A DNA stretch of 63,967 nucleotides, filler included, from Vicugna vicugna (GCA_013265495.1; 80 parts of 79 records of this genome joined end to end with filler, not necessarily neighbours in it); one strand, 5' to 3'; positions 12,583 to 24,633 are shown, counted from the whole stretch's first letter. Program-made: numbers and translations. The notes: a model not told the origin generated them from the sequence alone.

Positions 12583-13279
12583 CGTTCGTTCATCCAGCAC
12601 AAGGGGAACGGTTTGCAGGTGAAACACATAATCTGGTTTCTCAGTCTGTTTCCTAGTGCCAGTTTTATGTGCTTGCCGTTTTCACTGTAAAAACGAGTTG
12701 TAGCTTGTACCTCCCCATATATATGTAAGGAGTGGGATTTGCAACGAAATGAAACTATGTGTTCCCATAAATCTAGTTGATGGACGGCTTTCACACACAC
12801 TTCTCTCTCAGAACTAGAGACGTTCGTTCATCCAGTACAAAGGGAACGGTTTGCATGAAAGACAATTACTCTGGTTTGTCAGTCTGTTTACTTGTGCTGG
12901 TTTGAAGTGCCTGCCTATTTCACTGTAAACACGAGTTGGTGCTTATTCTTTCCCATATATATGTATGGAGTGGGGATTGCAAATTAAAAGAATCTATGTG
13001 TTCCCTTCAAGCTAGGTGAAGGACGGCTTTCACACACACTTCTCTCTCAGAACTGAGCATGTAGAGAGACGTTCGTTCATGCAGCACAAACGGAACGGGT
13101 TGCAGGAGAAACACTTACTCTGGTTTCTCAGTCTGTTTCCCGGTGCAGGTTTAAAGTACCTGCGGTTTGAACTGTAAAATCGAGTTGGAGCTTGTACCAC
13201 TTCATATATATGTATGGAGTGGGGATTGCAAATTAAAAGAATCTATGTGTTCCCTTCAAGCTAGGTGAAGGACGGCTTT
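12583..13279 (+). repeat. SatB: 249-bp tandem satellite
   Basis: CGTTCGTTCATCCAG...GTGTTCCCTTCAAGCTAGGTGAAGGACGGCTTTCACACAC monomers. Confidence 0.92.
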
Positions 13280-13379
13280 NNNNNNNNNNNNNNNNNNNNN
13301 NNNNNNNNNNNNNNNNNNNNNNNTTAATTAATTAANNNNNNNNNNNNNNNNNNNNNNNNNNNNNNNNNNNNNNNNNNNN

Positions 13380-13950
13380 CTCACAACCCGGCCAAGGTCT
13401 ATACACAGGGAAGTGAAACTAATGGATCCAATTAGATCCCAGGTGCTTCTCTCTGTTGCAGGAGCCTCCCCACACTCAGGATACCAGAAAACTTCGTGTG
13501 TGTGTGGANNNNNNNNNNNNNNNNNNNNNNNNNNNNNNNNNNNNNNNNNNNNNNNNNNNNNNNNNNNNNNNNNNNNNNNNNNNNNNNNNNNNNNNNNNNN
13601 NNNNNNNNNNNNNNNNNNNNNNNNNNNNNNNNNNNNNNNNNNNNNNNNNNNNNNNNNNNNNNNNNNNNNNNNNNNNNNNNNNNNNNNNNNNNNNNNNNNN
13701 NNNNNNNNNNNNNNNNNNNNNNNNNNNNNNNNNNNNNNNNNNNNNNNNNNNNNNNNNNNNNNNNNNNNNNNNNNNNNNNNNNNNNNACGCAGATGAATAT
13801 GTGCTCAGGTGTTTCCCTTTAGGGAGAATTCCTCTAAGAACTTCCTCAGGCCATCGGAGGGTACTGGCTGCTAATTGGCCTCCAAGCCCAACCCACAGCT
13901 TTCCCCAAGGCCCGGCCTAAGGAAACACTCAGGGAACACAAGCTAAGGGA
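13380..13950 (+). repeat. SatD
   Basis: CCCCACACTCAGGATACCAGAA and CCCGGCCTAAGGAAACACTCAGGGAA shared with 43352-44215. Confidence 0.8.
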
Positions 13951-14095
13951 NNNNNNNNNNNNNNNNNNNNNNNNNNNNNNNNNNNNNNNNNNNNTTAATT
14001 AATTAANNNNNNNNNNNNNNNNNNNNNNNNNNNNNNNNNNNNNNNNNNNNAGATAGACTTTTTTCTCTTTCTTTTTCTTTTTTCTCATTCTTAGG

Positions 14096-14476
14096 GTGTG
14101 TTGGAGCCTATGTGATTACCAGTCTAAAGGAAATAGATATAGTAATGGGTTTATATACTTGAAAAATAGGGTAACCACAAATCGAAAGCATATAATAGAG
14201 TTAAAAAAAAACCAAAAAGAAACAAACTCTAAATGGCTTAAATACTTAAACATTAGACAAGATGCTATAAAACTCTCAGAAGAAAACATAGGCAAAACAT
14301 TATTTGACATATAAGACATATATCTCAGCAGTGTTTTCCTAGGGCAATCCACCCAAGCAACAGAAATAAAAGCCAAAATAAGCAAATGGGACGTAGTTAC
14401 ACCTATCAGCTTTTTCAAATCAATAAAAACTATAAGCAAAACGAAAAGACAACCTATGGATTGGGAGAAAATATTT
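14096..14476 (+). mobile_element. LINE-1 fragment: inter-ORF-like segment fused to ORF2 3' part
   Basis: Translation NSKWLKYLNIRQDAIKLSEENIGKTLFDI is L1 ORF2-like; upstream GGGTAACCACAAATC segment resembles the artiodactyl L1 inter-ORF spacer. Confidence 0.8.
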
Positions 14477-14576
14477 NNNNNNNNNNNNNNNNNNNNNNNN
14501 NNNNNNNNNNNNNNNNNNNNTTAATTAATTAANNNNNNNNNNNNNNNNNNNNNNNNNNNNNNNNNNNNNNNNNNNN

Positions 14577-15065
14577 CTGAAAAATAAAGAGCACTACTAC
14601 ATGAGTTAAAAAATAAAACAGCATAAATCGAGTATTACATGTAAGTATTTTGTTCTATTTGATGTAAAGGACAACTGCATAAAACAATACTTATGAAAGT
14701 GTATAGATGTGCTTATAAATGCATAAAGGTGCAATTTGTATGACAGTGACAGCATGAGGAGGGGGAGGGAAAAGACTGATACCAAAGCAAAGTTTTTGTG
14801 TACTGTTGAAATTAAGTTAGTATTCATGTGAACTAGATTGCTTTAAAACAAGATGTTAATTATAATCTCACCAGGGCAATAGAAGGAGGAGCAGGAATAG
14901 GAAGAGGAGAAGAAAAAGATAAAATAAACAAATTAAAATGACACACTTGAAAATGCTTACTTTGTACAAAAATGTGTAGTAATACAGGAATGGGAAAAAA
15001 AGACATATAGAAAGTAGACTGCAGATGTAACTTCAACCTGATAAGAAATTACATTAATGTAAATG
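14577..15065 (+). mobile_element. Old L1M fragment (inter-ORF to ORF2 start-like)
   Basis: A-rich; AATTAAGTTAGTATT...TAGATTG and ATTACATTAATGTAAATG (ORF2 endonuclease start-like). Confidence 0.55.
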
Positions 15066-15379
15066 NNNNNNNNNNNNNNNNNNNNNNNNNNNNNNNNNNN
15101 NNNNNNNNNTTAATTAATTAANNNNNNNNNNNNNNNNNNNNNNNNNNNNNNNNNNNNNNNNNNNNAAGAGTCCAGTTGGTAATTGGGCGTGTTTTTCTTC
15201 AAGTTCCTCAGTTTGGAATTTGGTTGTATACATACACACGCACATACACATGTGTATATATGTCTGTATACACATGTGTGAAAAAATAAGACTGACCTCA
15301 GGATGGTTAAGTGGAAAAATAGGTAAAAGGGATGAGAAAGTGTATTCATTGTCACTCGCTGTGTGTGTCCAAATTTTAG

Positions 15380-15546
15380 GAAAGAACACAGAGTACATTC
15401 CGTATGTTACCTGCCCAGAAGGATGGATCGGATTTGGGAGTAAGTGCTTTTATTTTTCTGAAGACTCAAGGAATTGGACATTCAGCCAGATGTTCTGTGC
15501 CTCGTTAGATGCTGGTCTTGCTCAGTTTGAAACCAAGGAGGAGCTG
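15380..15546 (+). CDS. CLEC2D: Internal exon of a CLEC2-family (CLEC2D/LLT1-like) C-type lectin, first CTLD exon
   Basis: TTTTAG acceptor at 15378-79, GTAAGA donor at 15547, phase 1-0; [55 protein letters not shown] has the CPxxWIGFxxKCFYFS...NW...C motif. Family is secure; exact ortholog is not. Confidence 0.85.
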
Positions 15547-16015
15547 GTAAGAAATATTTTCGGATCAAGCCTGAAACTCTGTGAGACAAGTTAGATACAT
15601 TCTTGCATGTCATCCTCACAGTTAACCTGTGAGACCAGACATTCTTCCCATTGTACCAAGCAACATGGTAATCGTGTAATTTATCACCCAGATTGGGACA
15701 TTTCGGGGAGTGACCTAATTAATATTAATATTACGTTGGGACCGCAGGCGTAAACTGGGACTTTCGGAATCAAGATGGGTTGGATGGTCGCTTTCAAGTA
15801 ATTGAGGCTCACAGACATTTCAGTGACGTAAGCTGAGAATTGAGGACTGGGCTGTCTCTGGAGTCTAAGCTTCTCAGTTATTACGAGGCTCCCACCCAAA
15901 GGGAGAAGGAGGCCANNNNNNNNNNNNNNNNNNNNNNNNNNNNNNNNNNNNNNNNNNNNTTAATTAATTAANNNNNNNNNNNNNNNNNNNNNNNNNNNNN
16001 NNNNNNNNNNNNNNN

Positions 16016-16454
16016 CATGAGTCTCTGAGTTGTGAGCATGTGGTTTATTGAACTTTCATCGACCATACAAGGCATATTTACACATAGAAAGATTTACTCT
16101 GACTTCATAGGTTTTTTCTATCACCAGGTTCTAAAATCGGACATTTGACACCAGAAAACACTCTTTGAGCGAATTCTCACCAATACACATGTAATTTACA
16201 TTGTTTACATAACCATGGACATGGCATTTCATATAACGAACATGTTTCATGCATCACGAATTCCTCAAACATGCATTTCTGAGTTGTGAACATGCGCATG
16301 ACTGATGTCTCAACCACCAAAAAAGTTACATATGCACTCTGAAATATTTACTTTGACTTGCTAGCATCTTCCTATCACTAGTTTCAAGAATCAAACTTTG
16401 ATCCCACAGAAAATCTCTTAGAGCGAATTCTACCCTAGAGATATGTAATTTGAA
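16016..16454 (-). repeat. SatC
   Basis: Same monomers as 6680-7571 and 59903-60206. Confidence 0.9.
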
Positions 16455-16557
16455 NNNNNNNNNNNNNNNNNNNNNNNNNNNNNNNNNNNNNNNNNNNNTT
16501 AATTAATTAANNNNNNNNNNNNNNNNNNNNNNNNNNNNNNNNNNNNNNNNNNNNTGA

Positions 16558-16850
16558 ATTCGACTTTATGGGAGACACAAAGAGATTCTGGCCGAAAACT
16601 TGGCTGAACGGATTGAGGAGAGATGCGAACACATTGATGAGATTTGTTCTGCTACAATGGAGAATACTGGCCTGGAGACAGCTGGAGAGGATACCAGGCT
16701 CGAAAGACATACATGAGACATATTGAACCTCGCTGATACTGGCAGAAACATAAGGAGCGCCAACGTGGACATGAGGAAGTTCCTCAATTCTCTGCTCCAA
16801 GAACGGGTCCAAGATCCCTGACGTCTAAAAGAGAAGAGAAGGCAGAGATG
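16558..16850 (+). pseudogene. Possible decayed coiled-coil retrocopy (cTAGE/MIA2/MIA3-like, tentative)
   Basis: IRLYGRHKEILAENLAERIEERCEHIDEICSATME...*...* with in-frame stops; LY-x6-L-x3-L-x5-ER-x-E spacing recalls the MIA3/cTAGE5 coiled coil as I remember it. Confidence 0.3.
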
Positions 16851-18439
16851 ATCAAAACGCTCATGTTCTTGGAAGAGGAAGAGGTCGTGAGAATCCACAC
16901 GTCCCAAGGGGCATTTCCAAGACAATCAGACCAAAATGCAACAAGCCCAGGTAAGAGTTTTCCCAGGTTTGGGCCTAGATAGCAAGCACTTGCTCTTCCC
17001 TCCACTCCACTCAGGTATCTATTTGGAAGGATCAGTACCTGAGCTGCAATGAAGCCATTACGAGAAGAGCAAGCCCCTCCTAGAATCAGAGTTCCTCTAG
17101 CTTCACACTCTGTGAACAACAGTGAACCCCTTAAAGGTCAAAGAGTCTCGACTGAAATAAATAGGAATTGAATACTTAGCTCCCACAGAGAAATGCTGGC
17201 CTTCTGCTAGATTCAGCAAATCCTGGGTTTATGTCTTCTCTGGGGTGAAGGGAGTGTGGTAAATGAGGGGATTCTTTGACTGAACTTGAATATGAATCAG
17301 GCCTCCATTTGTCAAGAGAGTCTAGGTAAATAGTATAAGTCAGATTGTGAACTGAACTGTAAAGGTCGCCAATGGCATTAAAGACACAGCTNNNNNNNNN
17401 NNNNNNNNNNNNNNNNNNNNNNNNNNNNNNNNNNNTTAATTAATTAANNNNNNNNNNNNNNNNNNNNNNNNNNNNNNNNNNNNNNNNNNNNCGAATTAGA
17501 AAATTCAATCCATTTCTGAGAGTAGGCAGTCTGTTACTCTGTATTCAATGCTGGAGGGAAACTTATTTTGTGTTCTTTTTGTTCATGGGAGATAGAATTT
17601 TCATGTGCTTTTTGAATTATTTTTGTTCCTCTAAAATAAAGTGCCTTTGATGGTGATTTCCTGACCTCAGTTTCCTCCTACCTGTTTTCCCCATGATCAT
17701 TAATGACACATCAACTGACTTTTTAGTTATGCCTCTTAGCTGCTGATGGGGAACAGATACTGACAGATGACCCTGGAGCCCTCCACCCGTGCTTCGTTAG
17801 GCGTCGCACCCAGCCACCAACACTAGTCTCCTTCGCCTGAAGCACCTTTCTCTGCTTTTCTGCCTGGAAGGACTCTTGCCAAGCCTTGGCAGTGAACCCT
17901 CCACTTTTTAGAGATTTTCTGCTCTCCTCTCTAGGCATGAATTGCACTTGATTCTTGTCTTGATGGTGCGTAATCGTGTCCGTGTCCATTGTGCTCCCCN
18001 NNNNNNNNNNNNNNNNNNNNNNNNNNNNNNNNNNNNNNNNNNNNNNNNNNNNNACCCTGGTTCTCATACGTGTTTAAGTGACTTGAGCTTGGAGTTTCAA
18101 CAGACTCACACACAACTGTTAGATGAGTTGGCGGTAACATTGCCCCCAAGGCCCCCACAAGGTTCTATAGGACATATTTTTTTTTCTGAGTGAAATTTCT
18201 CTTTTATTTGTTTTAGTGAATTCTCTACCATCCTTTGAGATTATTAGAGTAACCTTAATTTATTAACCACAATATCTCTCTCCCCTCAGTGAATGATCCT
18301 GCTGTCTGAGAACTCAGACATGGGACATCAGAGAAATAANNNNNNNNNNNNNNNNNNNNNNNNNNNNNNNNNNNNNNNNNNNNTTAATTAATTAANNNNN
18401 NNNNNNNNNNNNNNNNNNNNNNNNNNNNNNNNNNNNNNN

Positions 18440-18731
18440 GATAAAGTTGGGGATGTCACATTTCATGAGTCTGTTCGGCTCCTCGTCTGGCCACCTGCTG
18501 CTTCTGATGGCTTTCTGGAGCGGAATATCACTGTAAAGGGCTATGGTAGGGATACCAGCTTTGGCCTTGTCCAAGTGGTCCACTCCATTGATGTAGCAGT
18601 GAAAGAGGGACCTAGATTCGTGATTGCACTGCCAGAGAACACCTTGGGCAGCAGCCATCTTCCAAAGTCTGACACAAAGCTGTTCAGTCTGAATAAGCTG
18701 TTCAGATCTCTTCTCGGGAGACTCTGCATTG
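18440..18731 (-). CDS. MRAP2: MRAP2-like last coding exon (divergent; compensated frameshifts; cut off at scaffold end)
   Basis: TTTTCTTTATAG acceptor (AG at 18733-32); NAESPEKR, FRLNSFVSDFGR (alternate frame), ESRSLFHCYIN...LDKAKA...AIRSS...NRLMKCDIPNF match the MRAP2 C-terminal domain. Confidence 0.85.
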
Positions 18732-18987
18732 CTATAAAGAAAACCAAAATAAAATATCGTTCACACTTTAGCTCGGTTACCTGAAGAATCAGTTTTTGCC
18801 ATCTACAGAGAGCAAATCCCTGCACAGAGCATACTGACATGAACTGGAAGTGAAAGACATCACTTCTGAACACATACAATTAAACCCNNNNNNNNNNNNN
18901 NNNNNNNNNNNNNNNNNNNNNNNNNNNNNNNTTAATTAATTAANNNNNNNNNNNNNNNNNNNNNNNNNNNNNNNNNNNNNNNNNNNN

Positions 18988-19499
18988 GAATTTAACAAAC
19001 GTTCATTTCTGAGTTGTGAGAACGTGGATTATGTAAATTTCACCCACCATATTAGGAATATTTGAATTTATACAATTTACATTATTTTAGAGGTGTTCCC
19101 TAATGCCAGTTTCAAAATCAGGAATTTTTCAAAGAAAATTTCTCTTAGAGCGATTTCTAACTAATACCTATGCATTTTACAGGTTCCCTTATCATGAAAT
19201 TCCAAGTTCCAAACATGGTACATGCAGCACAGTTTCGGCAAACATTCATGACTCAGTACAGAGCATGTGGATTACTGAACTTTCATCCTAAATACAAGGG
19301 AATTTTACATATTGAGGGCTTTACTCTGATTTTGCAGGTTTTTCCAAACACACAAACACTGTTTAAAAATCAGAGTTTTTCCACACAAAAATTTTATTGG
19401 AGCGAATTCTAAACAATAGAAATGTTATTTACATAGTTTCCATCAGCATGATACTCCATGTTCTGAACATGGTACATGCATGATGGATTTAACAAATGT
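18988..19499 (-). repeat. Diverged SatC monomers
   Basis: CATTTCTGAGTTGTGAG / GAGCATGTGGATTACTGAACTTTCATCC, period ~243, many substitutions. Confidence 0.75.
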
Positions 19500-19726
19500 N
19501 NNNNNNNNNNNNNNNNNNNNNNNNNNNNNNNNNNNNNNNNNNNTTAATTAATTAANNNNNNNNNNNNNNNNNNNNNNNNNNNNNNNNNNNNNNNNNNNNG
19601 GGAGGGGTGGGGTGGACTGAGGATGACTATGATTGATGAGAAGGGTGTTTCAGATTTTCCCATGTGAGACATGGGAACCTGCCAGCAGCCACCGCAGATT
19701 TATTTCACAGGCATTATCGCTTGTGT

Positions 19727-20086
19727 TGTTACAGAAACAACACGCTAGCCAAGAAACAAGCACCACACAGAGGGTGGGAGTACTGAGATTTATTACGCCT
19801 GCAGGTGCAGAGTGGCTTCNNNNNNNNNNNNNNNCCTGCACATGAAGTTTTATAGGGTTAATTACAAGTACGGGGCTATTAGCCAATAAGACTCAAAGAG
19901 CAAAAAGCAAGGAATCAGTACACTGAAGCTTATCAATTTGGAACAGATCTCGTTAATGACAATTGTTGATCTTGGATTTAGGAGTTAGCTTATTAGCCCA
20001 GTAAACTGACACTAAACTTCAGGTTTACCAGGTAGCCCAAAAAAACTGAGATCAGTAAACTGACACTTATCACACTTATATTTCTG
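19727..20086 (-). mobile_element. Probable ERV LTR (3' part)
   Basis: On the minus strand TATAAAA (~19850), then AATAAA (19794-89), ending ...GTAACA at 19727. Confidence 0.5.
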
Positions 20087-22279
20087 NNNNNNNNNNNNNN
20101 NNNNNNNNNNNNNNNNNNNNNNNNNNNNNNTTAATTAATTAANNNNNNNNNNNNNNNNNNNNNNNNNNNNNNNNNNNNNNNNNNNNCAGAAAAGCTTTTG
20201 TATTAACTTAGGAATTACAGTTGCCTGACAAGCACGTGGCAAAGTGTCTGTTATGCCAAAACAGCATGACCAGCTTTAGCTCACCGCACGATTCAGTAAT
20301 CTGGGCCCAAGACGATCAGGTGTCTTTCCAATTTTGCATTCCACTGTGACATCTGGAGGGTTTGATAGTGAAAACAAACAGGCAATTTGTTGACTAAGAT
20401 TGGTGAATTCTGTCAGAAGGTATCAGAACACCAGTATCCACCAAGGTGGGGTTCAACAAGACTGACAAAAGCCAGGAATAGCTCCATTCCTCCAAGGGGC
20501 CTGAGAAACCAGGAAAACTACCCAATCAGTTCTCAGAAACAGAGCTTTGTGCCAAAGCCCATTTGTCAGAATAAGAGCATGGATCAAGGTTGCTGATCTA
20601 CAGTGGTAGTATATTTCTGACCTGCAATTATAGAAGATCTAAGGAAACCTCAAAAGATGACCATGTAGGGGCCCAACTATGAACAGCTAAAAACAAACTA
20701 AGGCTTTATAACTTTCTCAAAAGTCATTTCTAATTTAAATATTCNNNNNNNNNNNNNNNNNNNNNNNNNNNNNNNNNNNNNNNNNNNNNNNNNNNNNNNN
20801 NNNNNNNNNNNNNNNNNNNNNNNNNNNNNNNNNNNNNNNNNNNNNNNNNNNNNNNNNNNNNNNNNNNNNNNNNNNNNNNNNNNNNNNNNNNNNNNNNNNN
20901 NNNNNNNNNNNNNNNNNNNNNNNNNNNNNNNNNNNNNNNNNNNNNNNNNNNNNNNNNNNNNNNNNNNNNNNNNNNNNNNNNNNNNNNNNNNNNNNNNNNN
21001 NNNNNNNNNNNNNNNNNNNNNNNNNNNNNNNNNNNNNNNNNNNNNNNNNNNNNNNNNNNNNNNNNNACTAATATGCAAAAAAAACAAGACTGAAAATAAT
21101 TGCATAACTTCCCCAAGGGTACATACTTATGTCTGATCAACTCTGAAACTCTTCTTTCTATTCCAGCAGGATGCCTTCTGTAATCAAATCATGTTGTCAT
21201 GTCCTCCATTTCAAGAGTTTAATTTTTCTTAAACATGAAAACAATTATATGAGCTAGAATTAGCTTTAANNNNNNNNNNNNNNNNNNNNNNNNNNNNNNN
21301 NNNNNNNNNNNNNTTAATTAATTAANNNNNNNNNNNNNNNNNNNNNNNNNNNNNNNNNNNNNNNNNNNNGGCACGGCCTGTGATACACGATAGAAATATC
21401 TCTGCTCTTGACTGAGTGCCTCCGATTCCCCTGCAGTGTAAGAATGCCGGTGACCGAGTTAGAAGCATGCTTCCAAGCTGTCCGTGTCCTCGGCATTCAG
21501 AAGCGGAGCCTGGAAGCTCCAGAATTTCTCCAGATTGCGGTCTACATTCACCTTCGTCAGGTGAGGGTATGTCCTTACACAAGTGGAGGAATTACTGCAG
21601 TTTTCCTGAAACTTTCTCACCACTAGTCCATCTGATTTTTCTGTGCTAGGATTCAGTATGGCCTGCTAAAAACTCTGGAGTGAGATCTTGAAACCCTGAT
21701 GAAGAGGATTATTTATTTCATATCCCTATATGATAGACTTTTACTTTTAAAATTCAGAAATTTGTTTCTTTCAAGAATGTTTTGGGGGGTTGGAGAATCA
21801 ATTTTGCTCTTACCACCTTTGCGACCTGTCGCTTTGTGCCTCTCACCTATCTTCTGTCACTTGTGAAGCGGTTCCATTTGTGACCCTGTCCGGGTTGTTC
21901 ATGTTATAAAACATAAAGTCTGTAAAAGTACAGTCCCTTTTACTCCGAAGACATTCCACAAATACTCCTTAAACTTTAAACTGGGTGTGGTTTTAAGAAG
22001 ACAGAATCATTGAACATGACCTTGCCGGTTGCTAGTGCAAAATCTCCAAATCAATAGTCTAGCTCAACATCTAAACTCTTTCTAATCTACCTTGTATTTG
22101 TATGGATAAGTGAAGCAGTTTGCAAAGAACTCATGACCAGGGTTACAATACAGGCAGGTGTAGCTCAGCAGGTCCTCCTNNNNNNNNNNNNNNNNNNNNN
22201 NNNNNNNNNNNNNNNNNNNNNNNTTAATTAATTAANNNNNNNNNNNNNNNNNNNNNNNNNNNNNNNNNNNNNNNNNNNN

Positions 22280-22716
22280 ATCATTTCTTTATCCTTGACT
22301 CTGGCCATCTTGATAATGATATGTTTTGTTGTGGGTCTGTTTGGGTTCTTCCTGTTTGGGACTGTCTGAGCCTCCTGTACTTGGATATCTGATTCCTTCT
22401 TTAGGTTTGGGAAGTTTTCAGTCATGATATCTTCAAATACCTTTTCAATCCCCTTTGTTCTTTCTTCCCTTTCTGGAACCCCTATTATGTGTAGATTGGC
22501 ATGCTTTATATTATCCCATAGGTTCCTTATATTGTTTTCATTGTTTTTTATTTGTTTTTCTTTCAGCTGTTCTGATTGGGTGCTTTCTGTTGNNNNNNNN
22601 NNNNNNNNNNNNNNNNNNNNNNNNNNNNNNNNNATTATCAAGCTTGTACAGCCTTTAGGTCAGCTCTCATATCAGCAAATGAGTTTATTAATTCTACTTG
22701 GTTCTTCTTTATAGCT
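22280..22716 (-). mobile_element. LINE-1 ORF1 fragment
   Basis: NIRNLWDNIKHANLHIIGVPEREE...ENFPNLKKESDIQVQEAQTVPNRKNPNRPTTKHIIIKM. Confidence 0.95.
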
Positions 22717-22816
22717 NNNNNNNNNNNNNNNNNNNNNNNNNNNNNNNNNNNNNNNNNNNNTTAATTAATTAANNNNNNNNNNNNNNNNNNNNNNNNNNNN
22801 NNNNNNNNNNNNNNNN

Positions 22817-22955
22817 AGCTTCCCAGTAAAATCTGGGACAAGACAAGGATGCCCACTATCACCACTCCTATTCAACATAGTCTTAGAAGTCCTAGCTACA
22901 GCAATCAGGCAAGAGAGATAAATAAAAGGGATCCAAATTGGAAAAGAAAAGGTAA
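22817..22955 (+). mobile_element. LINE-1 ORF2 RT fragment
   Basis: [40 protein letters not shown] (one stop). Confidence 0.95.
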
Positions 22956-23055
22956 NNNNNNNNNNNNNNNNNNNNNNNNNNNNNNNNNNNNNNNNNNNNT
23001 TAATTAATTAANNNNNNNNNNNNNNNNNNNNNNNNNNNNNNNNNNNNNNNNNNNN

Positions 23056-24533
23056 ATGTTTGTCAAATCAGTCATGAATGTAGCATTTAATGAAAACGAA
23101 TATCATGTAGTTGGAATGTATTCAAATTACATATCTCAAGCTTAGAATTCGCTCCAAGAGGGTTTTTTGGGGATCAATGTGTGATTCTTGAAACTGGTGA
23201 TAGGAAGAAGCTACGAAGTCAAATTAAATANNNNNNNNNNNNNNNNNNNNNNNNNNNNNNNNNNNNNNNNNNNNNNNNNNNNNNNNNNNNNNNNNNNNNN
23301 NNNNNNNNNNNNNNNNNNNNNNNNNNNNNNNNNNNNNNNNNNNNNNNNNNNNNNNNNNNNNNNNNNNNNNNNNNNNNNNNNNNNNNNNNNNNNNNNNNNN
23401 NNNNNNNNNNNNNNNNNNNNNNNNNNNNNNNNNNNNNNNNNNNNNNNNNNNNNNNNNNNNNNNNNNNNNNNNNNNNNNNNNNNNNNNNNNNNNNNNNNNN
23501 NNNNNNNNNNNNNNNNNNNNNNNNNNNNNNNNNNNNNNNNNNNNNNNNNNNNNNNNNNNNNNNNNNNNNNNNNNNNNNNNNNNNNNNNNNNNNNNNNNNN
23601 NNNNNNNNNNNNNNNNNNNNNNNNNNNNNNNNNNNNNNNNNNNNNNNNNNNNNNNNNNNNNNNNNNNNNNNNNNNNNNNNNNNNNNNNNNNNNNNNNNNN
23701 NNNNNNNNNNNNNNNNNNNNNNNNNNNNNNNNNNNNNNNATTCCTTTTATAGAGGATGAAAGATTAGTAATCCACTTGCTCTCAACTCAAGAATGCTTGT
23801 TTGTCAACTCCGTCATGTATGTAGCATGTAATGAACACGGAANNNNNNNNNNNNNNNNNNNNNNNNNNNNNNNNNNNNNNNNNNNNTTAATTAATTAANN
23901 NNNNNNNNNNNNNNNNNNNNNNNNNNNNNNNNNNNNNNNNNNCCTTTTATAGAGGATGAAAGATTAATAATCCACATGCTCTCAACCAGGAATGCTTGTT
24001 TGTCAAATCATTCATGTATGTAGCATTTAATGAACACGGAATATTATGTAGATGGAATGTATTCAAATTACATATCTCTAGGTTAGAATTCGCTTCAAAA
24101 GGGTTTTTCTGGGATCAAAGTATGATTCTTGAAACTGGTGATAGGAAGAATCTACGAAGTCAAAGTAAATATTTCAGAGTGATCAGAGTGAATAGGAAAC
24201 TTGTTTGGTGGTTGAAACATCATTCATGCGCATGTTCACAACTCAGAAATGCATGTTTGAGGATTCCGTGGCGCATGAAAAATGTTCGTAATATGGAAAG
24301 CCATGCTTATGTAAACAATGCAAACTACGTGTGTATAGGTGAGATTTCGCTCAAAGAGGGTTTTCTGGTGCCAAATGTCCGATTTTAGAACCTGGTGATA
24401 GGAAAAAACTATGAAGTCCGTGTAAATATTTCTAAGAGTACATACACCTTGTTTTGTGGATGAAAGGTCTGTAATCAATATGCTCACAGTCCAGAAACGT
24501 ATGATTGCCGAATCCGTCATACATGTAGCATGT
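23056..24533 (+). repeat. SatC (two scaffolds: 23056-23842 and 23943-24533)
   Basis: GATTCTTGAAACTGGTGATAGGAAG and CCTTTTATAGAGGATGAAAGATT shared with 56472-57283. Confidence 0.9.
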
Positions 24534-24633
24534 NNNNNNNNNNNNNNNNNNNNNNNNNNNNNNNNNNNNNNNNNNNNTTAATTAATTAANNNNNNNNNNN
24601 NNNNNNNNNNNNNNNNNNNNNNNNNNNNNNNNN

